From NCBI GenBank assembly GCA_951406725.2, contig OX597831.1, forward strand, positions 1,922,001 to 1,986,000: DNA of 64,000 nt, given 5' to 3'. Source of the DNA: Octopus vulgaris. Its lineage: Eukaryota. The notes beneath the pieces are model-generated. The model was not told the origin of the DNA. It saw only the letters and a program-made list of their open reading frames with translations, and did not search any database. Made by a program: the position numbers and the translations under genes. Below, piece after piece: positions 1 to 11,600 of the stretch. Every line of letters starts with the position of its first letter. Within the stretch, counting starts at the first letter, position 1.

Positions 1-152
1 AAATGAAATGAAATTAGATACTCTGTATATACTAAACAATGTGTAATTATCGTTTATTTACAGAATGGATATCGTATGTATGTATATACATACATGCATA
101 TATGTGTGTATGTATGCGCAAATATGTATACGTATGTGTGTGTGTGTGTGTG

Positions 153-197
<45 letters not shown>

Positions 198-257
198 GCA
201 TCCTTTTTGTCTCGGGAGACTATATATATATTTATATATACACATATATATAAGCAC

Positions 258-633
258 AGGAGTGGCTGTGTGGTAAGTAGCTTGCTTACCAACCACATGG
301 TTCTGGGATGTCCCATTGCGTGGCACCTAGGTAAGTGTCTTCTACTATAGCCTGGGGCCGATCAAAGCCTTGTGAGCGGATTTGGTAGACGGAAACTGAA
401 AGAAGCTCGTCGTATATATGTAAATATATGTGTGTGCATATGTTTGTGTGTCTGTGTTTGTCCCCACCAACATCGCTTGGCAACCGATGCTGGTGAGTTT
501 ACGTCCCCGTAACTTAGCGGTTCGGCAAAGGAGACCGATAAAATAAGTACTAGGCTTACAAAGAATAAGTTCTGGGGTCGATTTGCTAGACTAAAGGTGG
601 CTGCAGTCAAATGACTGAAACAAGTAAAAGAGA
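258..633 (+). mobile_element. tRNA-derived SINE family A (head aggagtggctgtgtggtaag, internal (TA/TG)n, (TAAAAGAG)n tail)
   Basis: A/B-box-like head; more than 15 copies in the window. Confidence 0.85.
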
Positions 634-1116
634 GAGATGTACATACATACACACATACACACACAATAGGTGGGAAGATATATACATGCACACATATTTT
701 TTGCTATTACCATCAGGTTCAGCAAATGCATTGAAGCTTCTTTGCTTGATTGACTGGTTATTGTTGTTATTAAATCCCAGCTCAGTTCTGTTTGTGCGAA
801 TTGTGATCAAAAACTTCCACTTATAACCATTTTGTATTTTTTTGCAAGTATAATGTAACCCAGTTTATATTATCCAATGTGTCCTTCCTTCTCTTTTTTT
901 AAGACCATAGTGTGCAATTTCACTGAGGTATAGCTTCTCTTTTTTGCAGGTTGATGAGTCCTTCCTTCCTTTTCTTTTCTTTTTTTTTTTAAGGATCACA
1001 TTGTACAATTTCAAGGAGTTATAGCTTCTCTTTCCCACAAGTTGTCTACAACATTGGCAATGTTGTACATTTTCTGAAATGTTTGCTAAAATTTATTACT
1101 CTTTCTTAATTTGCAG

Positions 1117-1298
1117 TGAATTAAATAAAGAGATTGACTACTTCCCATATGACAATCTTTGATCAGAAGATAATGGCTGAGATGGTGGTTTGATCTTCGA
1201 TTGCTGTTGGTGTTGTCATTAACAGCCTTAGCTGTTATTGGTGTTTTGCATCCTCAAGAAATGTCGACATCCAAACGCAGTACAACAACTTCTGAAAG
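1117..1298 (+). CDS. NEK10: NEK10 coding exon 1 (5'UTR 1117-1260, CDS 1261-1298 [12 protein letters not shown])
   Basis: Acceptor ttgcag at 1111-1116, ATG 1261, donor ag|gtttgt. Phase 2 joins exon 2. The N-terminus is poorly conserved, so this exon is less certain. Confidence 0.65.
1149..1193 (+). promoter_or_regulatory. Upstream ORF in the NEK10 5'UTR (MTIFDQKIMAEMVV*)
   Basis: ATG at 1149, two further in-frame ATGs, TGA at 1191-1193; lies in the exon carrying the main ATG. Confidence 0.5.
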
Positions 1299-1453
1299 GT
1301 TTGTACTTGTTTACAGTTGAATAGCCAGTTATACATTCTTTGTACATGCCTATATCATTCATGATATAAAACTACTTTGGATATACTGAGTTGTATGTAT
1401 TCCATAATCATATTGTTATTATCAGAAATGTATACCTCTGTGTACATCCATTT

Positions 1454-1503
<50 letters not shown>

Positions 1504-2260
1504 TGTTGTTTGTTCCTTCTTGAGCCTTGCCTGGCTCATAAGAGCCGGTTTCCTTGGCATATAGGTTCCCCACCTGGACAGAATGCCAGTCCGTCACCAG
1601 GTGAGCTGCTAGATGCAGGAGGAAAGAGAGAAAGTTGCGGCGAAAGAGTCAGCAGAAGTTCACCATTACCTTCTGCTGGAGCCATGTGGAGCTTAGGTGT
1701 TTCACTCATAAACACACACATCGCCCGGCCTGAGATTCAAACCCGTGATCCCTCGACCATGAGTCTGCTGCTCTAACCACTAGGCCATGTACCTCCACAT
1801 ATATATATATATATAAAGTCTTCTTTTTTCTGTCGAGGGCTTATATGCCCCTTTATTAGACTATTTTCTTTAGTCATTTGCATGGTGATTGCCATAAGCT
1901 TATATAAAAATACCACCATTATTATTATTTACAGGATTGTAAAAATGGCACTGTATAAAAAAACCATTCACACCAAAAGCATATATATATATATATATAT
2001 ATCTCATAGGTGCTGTGTGGTACAAAATTTGCTTCCCACTCACATAGTTCCACACTCAGTCTCACTACATGGCACCTTGGTCAAGTGTCTTTCACTATAA
2101 CCTCAGACCAACCAAAGATTTAAGTAAATGTGGTACACAGAAACTGAAAGAAGCCCACTGTACATATGTATAAATGTGTGTGCATGTGTGTGTGTGTTTG
2201 TCTCACTACTACCACCATATATGTATATATATATAATATATATATACATATATATACATG

Positions 2261-2330
<70 letters not shown>

Positions 2331-3088
2331 TTCTAATATAGGATAACATTTTTTCCCAAAAAATTTCATCAAAGTGGCAGCATATTAAAATACCTTTAAA
2401 GGCGAAAATTATAAACAAATATAAACAAGGGCAAAAGAAAACAATTTCTTTGCCAATATGCTGAGAATAGACTTTAAATCGTCAATCACCACATTACGAT
2501 ATACATTCACCATGAATACACGTTGTGCTGAAATTGAGGAAGGCAAGCTAACAGAATTTTTTTTTAAATTCGTTATAAATGTATATTGTAATGTGGTGAT
2601 TAACGACAATTTAAAGTCTATTCTCAGCTGGAATCCCTATCTTGCTCAGAACATTGACCTCCTGGAATCTGTCCAGAGATGTGCAACCAAACGCATACCC
2701 TCCATCAGACACCTACCATATTCTGAGCGCCTTGTTTCCCTGGGCATGGATTCACTGAAGCTCCGGCGTCTAGCGACGGACTTGGTAAACACCCACAAGG
2801 TTATCAACCACCTCACCAACAACAACACTGAACACCTTTTTGATCTCCATGTGTCTAACACACGTGGACATGCCTACAAAGTCAGAAAGCAGCACAGCTC
2901 CCATGACTTTCGGAAACATTTTTTCACGCTCAGGGTTGCTGAAGCGTGGAATAAACTGCCTGCGTCAGTTGTTGACTGCCATGACACTGCATCCTTTAAG
3001 GCCCTCATGCTTCCCGAAATCCGTCGAAACTACACCTGATTATATATACACTTTAGATGAGTTGTAGTGCACCTGAGCACTGTACATA

Positions 3089-3128
<40 letters not shown>

Positions 3129-3563
3129 TGGCATAGAAATATTTTTTCTTTTGCCCTTGTTTATATTTGTTTTTATATATATATACTTCGTTTTGGGATT
3201 TGGTCTGCAAGATTTTTTTATGTGAGTTTGTGTGTTGAAGTATATTTTGTTGTGTCTGGAGAAAGTCATTCTCTTTCAGTGCCTTATTATTTAACACACT
3301 CACCGGTAAAGTTTCCACTCATTTATTTATTTATTTTTCCTAAAATTTTTGTTATGTCTTGCAACCTTTTCAGTAGTTTTTGACTCTTGAAACGACTTTT
3401 AAAAAGGTTGCAAGACACAACGAAAATCTTAGGTCAAAATCTATTGAAAAGGTTGCAAGATGCAGTGAAAATTTTAGGAAAAATAAATAAGTAAATGAGT
3501 GAAAACTTTACCAGTGAGTTTGTTAAATAATAAAGCACTAAAAGAGAATGGCTCTCCCCAGAC

Positions 3564-3617
<54 letters not shown>

Positions 3618-6600
3618 TGTAATTTCATGCCAACTCATCTGCTTATTAATGTGACTTTAATAACAAAAACCTGAGCCACAATTCTTTTTCTCTTTAATTT
3701 CAGTGATTTGCAGGTGTTGAAAACCTTGTTTGATGTTGTTAATGCATCCGAGATAAACTTACAGGTAAGAATTTATTACTGAAGTAAACAGTGGCCATGT
3801 GGTAAGAAGCCTACTTCCCGACCACATGATTCCAGGTTCAGTCCCATTGCGTGACACCATGGGCAAGTGTCCTCTGCTATAGCCTTGGGCTGACCAAAGC
3901 CTTCTGAGTGGATTTCGCAGATGGAAACTGAAAGAAGCCTGTCATATATATAGATACATATGTAGATATCTACGTCTGTGTGTCTTTGTGTTTGTCACCC
4001 CCATCATCACTTGACAACCAGTGTTGGTGTGTTTACATCCTTGTAACTTAGAAGTACGGCAAAGAGACTAATACCACGAGCAGTCTCACCTATGTAGCAT
4101 GGAAAAGTGGATGTTAAATGGTATAAGGGTCCTTGTTTGTCCCCTCTGTGTTTAGCCCCTTGTGGGTAGTAAAGAAATATATATGTTTAAAAAAAAAAAA
4201 AAAAAAGGCGGCGAGCCGGCAGAAGCGTTAGCACACCGGGCGAAATGCTTAGCGGTATTTCGTCTGCGTTACGTTCTGAGTTCAAATTCCGCCGAGGTCG
4301 ACTTTGCCTTTCATCCTTTCGGGGTCGATAAATTAAGTACCAGTTACGCACTGGGGTCGATGTAATCGACTTAATACCTATGTCTGTCCTTGTTTGTCCC
4401 CTCTGTGTTTAGCCCCTTGTGGGTAGTAAAGAAATAGGTATAAGGGTACTTGAGCCATTGGCGGTGGCAGTGGTCTTCTTCTTCTTCTTCTTTACCACCA
4501 TCATTATTATCCTGTTGAATTCATGAATTCATGTGTTTGTTTCTTCTGTCATTCTTTTGTTCACCATTACAGGATTTCAGTGAAGAGACAAACACAAAAG
4601 ACATCATAGAAAGTCCCACCACTTCCAGACATTTTTCTTTGGAAGCTCAAGCATTAGAACAGTTTAGGTATTTTGTTTGTTATTTCTGAAATATTTTCTT
4701 TATACTTATTTAACCCTTTCGTTACTGTATTTATTTGGAGATGCTCTGTGTTTCTTTCATTTACTTTAAATATAACAAAGAATTTAGTAAAATAACTTAG
4801 TCATCATTAAGCTAGTGTTAGGAACATAAATTGTGACTAAGGTTTGGTGGAAGATTTTAATTCAAAACTTATGGAAACAAGACATTTGTAGTACAGAGCC
4901 ACAGGCGGTTTCAGCCAGGTTGGTAACGAAAGGGTTAAAGTCTTTAATTCATCATTATGTTATATACATATATTTTGGTACAAATTTTATATATCTATAA
5001 CATTTGTACAAAAATATTTGTTCATTGTGCAAAAAAAAAAAAAAATCAGAGCTTGAAATAAATGTATGACCCAAGCATTTCTTGTCAAATTTATGCTTCA
5101 AAATCTAAGGTTTACAAACCAGCCAAGAATTTGCTATATTATATTTCTTTTGTTGGGAAAAAATGTCTGTATTTTTAACATTTTGGGGCTACAAAAACCA
5201 TTTAAAAGAGAGTTTTGGCTAAGCCTTTACAATCTGATGTAACTGTTCAGAGAAAAATTTATTCAAAAGGGCCATCTGCATGGAAAGTAATAGTTAACTT
5301 AATGATGATATATGTGACATAGAAAGTATTAAAAAGCTAACTACAGGTACATCAATTACTTTTCAGAATCTTTGGTTCCAAATCTTTTCTAGATAACTTA
5401 TTTTTCAGAACCAGAGGCAGTTACCTGTAATTCAAACAAATTATTAAATTTACTTAAATGATTAAATGAAATATTGGTACCAGTATATTAGTATAAACAA
5501 TACAAGTTTATTAATATTGTACTGTGCAAGGTACTAGTCTGCACAAGGTACCAATAAATTAGTCTAGCTGCTGCAGGAATTTGAAGTTCCTGCTTGTAAA
5601 TAAGTGCAGATTATAAAAGGTCCTGGCCAATCAGTGTTTAGGAAGTTGGTTTGATACTTGTAGAAATAATTCTGTGATGAAAAAAAAATAGCAGTCAATT
5701 ATTAATATTATTTTTGTTTTCTCAGCAAGTTTGAGAGAAAATTTCTGAGGTATTTGATCTTATTATGACCACATCTGCAGATCTTGTACATTTACTTAGT
5801 GATTCTTCGATCACTACTTCAGCAGGAACGGTGAAAGATGTGCTTCTCTGATGAGATCACAATAAGATTAGAATATGTCAAGAGCAGTCTCCCCTTACTT
5901 GCTGAAAAATAGTAAATTATATTTATCATTGACTAGCATTATTTATTTATTCCTTACTGCTTAATTATTTTGAATTTGCTTTTAGTTGCTCCCTGCATTA
6001 AATATGCTAACCATCCTAACCATTGCTTATTTGTGTTTGCCTATTTAACTGACCCATGGCTATAGATTATCTTATGAAACATCATAGATAAGTTACTAAT
6101 TTGATGGTGAATATGATGGTGCGAAATTGATGCCATAATGAGGGTCATAACAATAAATGCTTACAACTTGTGTTTTTTTTATTTTCACTTCAATGAATAC
6201 AATGCTCAGTTCATAGCCATTTGAATTTCATTGGTCTTTCTTTCAGCCGTAGATACAAGAATTGTAGGAACTTCAGCCATCTTTCTAAATATATCGACAC
6301 AATATTTTCATGTCTTGTGAAGAACCGTTTATGCAGTTGGTAAGAAATGCTTTGTTTTTATTTTATTCTATTTTTATATATTAGTCTTATGTAAATAGTG
6401 TTGACGATGGTGTTGTTGTTGTAATCTTGGGTAGTAAGTACTCTTAATCCATCATCTAGTTTAATACCACTACAAGGTCCCCAGGTGCCTTTAGCATGAT
6501 TTAATCTGTTGTAAGAACTAGGGGCAGATTTCCACTCTAAAGATAAACCTATTTCTTGATGCTCTGCTTTCCATTCCCTACAACTCTAAAGATAAACCTA

Positions 6601-8558
6601 TTTCTTGATGCTCTGCTTTCCATTCCCTACAACAGCATCCAACAAGTTGTACTTTCTCCTTCCTTCTCTTTTTTTTTACCTCTCACCGGTCTTAGAGTCC
6701 CTTAAAATGTACATGAGTATTGCTTTTCCTTCCCTGACTAAGCCACAAAAATTAAATACATAAGTGTTTATATGATTAAACCCTTTAGCGTTTAAACTGA
6801 TGATATCCAGCACAAATGTTCTTCCTGTTTTAAATTCAAATAGGGCCAGATCCAGACTCTCACACCTACTCTACAATGTCCTTCTAAAAATGAACAATCA
6901 CATCATCAAAATCCCTAAGCTACAAGATAATCCATGATTAATTCAAAACCATAAATAAAGCTTTACATTTGACAGAGTAATCTGAATACTAAAGGGTTAA
7001 GGTGTTCATTTTACAATCACTTGACTCTGGGTTTGACTTCACCACATTCCTCTTTGCCCAAGTGTCTTTGATTGATTTGTCAGTTATTTTCATTCTTTTA
7101 GCCTTCACTCACTCTCTTCAATTACAAGTACTGACTCACCTTACTTCATTATTTCTTCTCCTATTCTTTATCTATTTCCCTCTCGTTTTTTTTCCCCTCA
7201 CAGTCATAATCTGTCTCCACCTCTTTTTTTCACATACACTTCGATATCATACATGAATTTCTTTCTCTCTCTCTGTGCTACTTCATCACATTTACATCTT
7301 TGGTTCTTCCTCTCTGTTTCTAAAGCTGTGAAATCTTCCATGTATTAATTTCAGCTCTTCTTTATTAACAACTGCATTGCTTCTTTCCAGTTAAGCTGAC
7401 ATCTGACTCTTCAAAGAATACTAGTGTAACTAGTTGTGACTTCTCTTGAAAATGGACAAAATTTGGCATCATGGTGTTATCAGGCGGCTGCAGAAAAAGG
7501 CTTCAGCCCCCAAGGACATTCATGTTTACATGGTTGCTACATTAGGGGATGATTCTCCAGGTTTATCAACAGTACAAAAATGGGCAGCTGAACTTAGGAG
7601 GGGAATGGAGTCTTGAAGATGACCCCAGGCCTGGATGTCCTGCAACTACCACTACCAAGGAAAACATCATGTTCACCACATACTGGTGGATGACAGGTGA
7701 TTGACTATAAATCAAATACCCAATGCTATTAGCATATCTTGTGAGGGAGTTGAGAATATTCTGCACAATGAACTTGGCATGATGAGCATTTCTGGTTGGT
7801 GGGTGCCACGTCTCCTGATAGCTGATCAAAAGCACAACAGGCTGATCACATGATAAGAAAATCTGACACTATTTGAATCAGATCCAGCTGGTTTCCTTGA
7901 ACATTTCCTAAGCCTAGATGGGTGTTAAGTTCATCACTTTGAGCCAGAGGCAAACAGACAATCCATGCAGTGAAAGCACCCCTCTTCATCTGCTCCAAAG
8001 AAGGCCAAAGTCATTTCATTTGCAGGGAAGATGATGGCCTCAGTTTTTTGGGATGTGAAAGGCATTGTGTTTATTGACTATCTTCAAAAGAGCCACACCA
8101 TCACTGGAGAGTACCATGCGAACTTGCTGAGGCAGTTACAAAAAGCTATCAAGAACCAAAAAAAAAGCAGGAAAACTGATGAAAGGGGTCTTGTTTCATA
8201 AGGACAATGCTCAAGCGCACAAGTTGTAGGTTTCAATGGCTGCTATGCATGACTGTAGCTTTGATTTGGTTGATCACTCTCCCTATTCTCTTGATTTGGC
8301 CCCATCTAACTATTATATGTCTCCTAAAATGAAAAAGCAGTTGGCTGGGAACCAGTATCACAGTGATGATGATGTCATATCTGCTGTTGACTAACAAGAT
8401 GAAAGCTTCTTCACCAATGGGATCCAAGCACTTCAACGCTAATGGAAGAAGAGTGTGGACTGCTAGGGGAAAAGTAAACCTCATTTAGTAACATTCCAAG
8501 CAAATATCTTGGTCAGCCTATGGACTTTTCAGTCACTCTCATATATGTGCATGTATAT

Positions 8559-8606
<48 letters not shown>

Positions 8607-11600
8607 GTATACACATTTATACATACACACACACATACATATATACTCACACACACACGCATAAGCACATACACACACAGGCAAGAGATTTCTGTCTCTC
8701 TTAGATAAACATTTTCCAGAAAATCACAAATGCAGAAAGATTCTTCAACAGACGCTCAATTTAAATTATCACGTAGCTGCTGCCCCCAATGTGAAGAACA
8801 TCACTACCTTCAAACAACATCAAGAACCCACTCCAAGCTGTAGCTCTCAGGAATCTGGAGCTTGCTCACTCGATCAGGCCTGCATGATAAAGTGGTTACA
8901 TGATGCAAAAGTTACAGCAACACTACATGTTAACCTAACTGTAAAGAAGAATTACAATGGGTTATGCAAAGACGATTTGAAAAGTCGCTTTGGTAACCAT
9001 CTGTCTTCTTTCCAGCACATTGACAAAAGTAAAACCTCTATTTTGGCCAGCCCGGTATGGGGCTTCAGGACAAACTTCATTCCGCATATAATCAAGTGGA
9101 AAATCTTAGAAAAATCCATACCAATATGTTAATGAGTCTAAGAAATGTAAGTTATGTGTAGCTTAAAGATCACATATCCTTTTTAGATCTAAGAATTCCA
9201 CTGCTGAATTCTTGATCAGAATTTTCAGCAAATGTAAACATATGGAGGGCATCACCCACTCTCCAGTTTGAGCAGCTGTATTGCAGACTTTTGACCCCTT
9301 CTGTTGATACAACAGCAACTAGCCTTTTTGGGGGCTTGACAGTCCAAGACATCTCAAGTTCCCATTTTCATGTTTTTTCTTACCTTTCCACATTTTGCAT
9401 TCACCTTTTTTTTTTCTCGTTGTTTCTCTTGTTTTATTGTCCTGATTTGTAACTTGTGTATGACATGTGCTCAGAGCCTGAAGATTTCTTGGAGACACAA
9501 AGTGTGTTGCAAAAACCTTCTTAGATCACGTTTCTAATGTATGAAACTGTTAGTAGCTCATAACTATATATTGTGTCCTTTAAATTAAACATGTATTCAT
9601 ATAGTAATGACTTTTTGCCAACATAGTGTGGCAGTCCCAGGATGGGACGAATGTTACTGTTATTTATCCCAGGAAACATCGTTCCCAGCTGGCTACACGA
9701 CACAAAAAATTCTGTGTCCTTATATTTTTGAACAGGGGAAATCAATAACTCCTCCCAGCACAACTGGGGTTAAATAACAGTAACATTCGTCCAATTCTGG
9801 GACTTCCACATTATGTTGGCAAAAAGTCATTACTTTATGGTGATGTTAGTGTATATCTCTCTTTGAGAGATTTAGTATGGTGCTGCCGTATGGCTGAAAC
9901 GAGTAAAAGAGTAATATACTGCTTTACTTCCTCTGTTTTGTCCAGGAAATGGAAGCAACTTATTCCTCCAGACAACCTTCTGCGTCTATTAGTTTCATTA
10001 CGTATTATAATGAGGGACAAAACCTACCGAACTCTGTTTTTTGACTTAAATGGAATCAAAAGTTCAGCTGAGGTAGGAAAGACTGCTTTTTCATTTCTTT
10101 TCTTTTACATTTTTACTTTTTTAATGTTAAAGTAGTTGTATGCTATCAACTTAATGTGACAGTCACATGAAGAGAATAATATTACTGTTATTTAGCCCTA
10201 GGAAGCAGCATCGCTTCCTAGGGCTAAATAGCAATAATATGAGCGAAATATACACCGCTGATAGTTGTTGTTGACAAACAACTGCAGTAATTTTATTCAG
10301 TTGAATACACGTCATTGATTGGTCGAAATTACCAAAATACGACAACTTTAACAAGAAATAATCAAAATACTGAATTTTCTCGACAATGCCAAGAGTAAAA
10401 GATGTTTTATGTGACAATCAGTATTACAGAAGTTTGAAAGTGTTTAGTTACAAAACATTATGTTTTAAATCTGTCGGTCAAAATGTAAAGATCCTGTTTA
10501 TCTAAGAGAGATATAATATGTATGTCAATGGTTCTCAACCAGAGTTCACATAAGATTTTGCTGTTAAAATTGATGTGCAATAATTTGGTTCTAACTCTAG
10601 TCTTTAAGTTCAGCAATCCTCCCTTTTTATACAATTCCTAATATTTAAGTATAAAAATATAATGAGACTTTTTAAAGCATCAAATGTCTCTGGGAGCTAC
10701 TAGAGTTAAATAGGAATCAAAGGGGTCCATTGACAAAAAAATGGTTGAGGACCACTGATGTATATAATAAGGTGCAGTGTTTAGTGTATAATATAACAGT
10801 CTAGTCATATTGTGTAGGGTACTGTATGGTGGCTTGGTAAGTTGTATAAGGTTTAATGTTGTAGTTTGACTATGTTGTGTGGGGTAATGTATGGTACGCT
10901 ACACAACATGCCTGATCATCTTTTACAAGGTGCAGTTTGTTTGTTCCTTTTCGAGCCATGCCTGGCTCATAAGGGCCGGTTTCCCGGTTTCCTTGGCATA
11001 TAGGTTCCCCACCTGGATGGGACGCCGGTCCGTCGCAGGTGTGCTGGTGAAAGAGTCAGCAGAAGTTCGCCATTACCTTCTGCCGGAGCCGCGTGGAGCT
11101 TAGGTGTTTCACTCATAAACACACATATCGCCCAGTCTGGGATTCAAACCCGTGATCCCTCGACCGCGAGTCCGCTGCTCTAACCGCTAGGCCATGTGTC
11201 TCCACACAAGGTGCAGTGTGGTATGTAGAGTACTGTATGGTAGTTTAGTAAGTTGTATAAGGCCCAGTTAGATGTATTGTGCAATATTCAGGTCATATTT
11301 TATAAGGTGTAGTGTGTGATACCACAGTCTACCATGTTTTATAAAGTGCAATATGATATTGTGACCATGTTGTATCTAAAATGCATTTTCGATTTACTGA
11401 ACTTTGTACATGGAATTTAATGAAGTTAGAAATATTTTGTTTAATTGCTGTCTTATTTTTTCACTATTATTTTTCTATTTTTCTTATTTTCTTTCTTTTT
11501 CAGATTCTGAAAGAAAATGTTAATCGCTATCTGCAATATGGAGAAACTCCTTATGTTCGAGAAATTTTAAAAGAAGTTACTAGTGAGATATCAATCAAGT

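Noticed and set aside
39-350. Many ORFs rich in YI/CV/HT dipeptides (also 2103-2418, 39570-40127, 41099-42344 and others)
   Set aside because: These are translations of (TA)n/(TG)n microsatellites, which lack stop codons by composition.
880-1045. Diverged ~80-bp tandem duplication upstream of exon 1
   Set aside because: It is a low-complexity, degenerate intronic repeat with no evidence of function.
1047-1067. 21-bp palindrome tacaacattg-g-caatgttgta as a possible RFX X-box for a ciliary gene
   Set aside because: It does not fit the X-box consensus and is short enough to be chance.
2458-3039. 193-aa ORF as a host gene
   Set aside because: It is the C-terminus of a 5'-truncated CR1 LINE ORF2.
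3714-3764. Alternative acceptor ttgcag|gtg for exon 2
   Set aside because: It gives an immediate in-frame stop (AGG TGT TGA) after exon 1.
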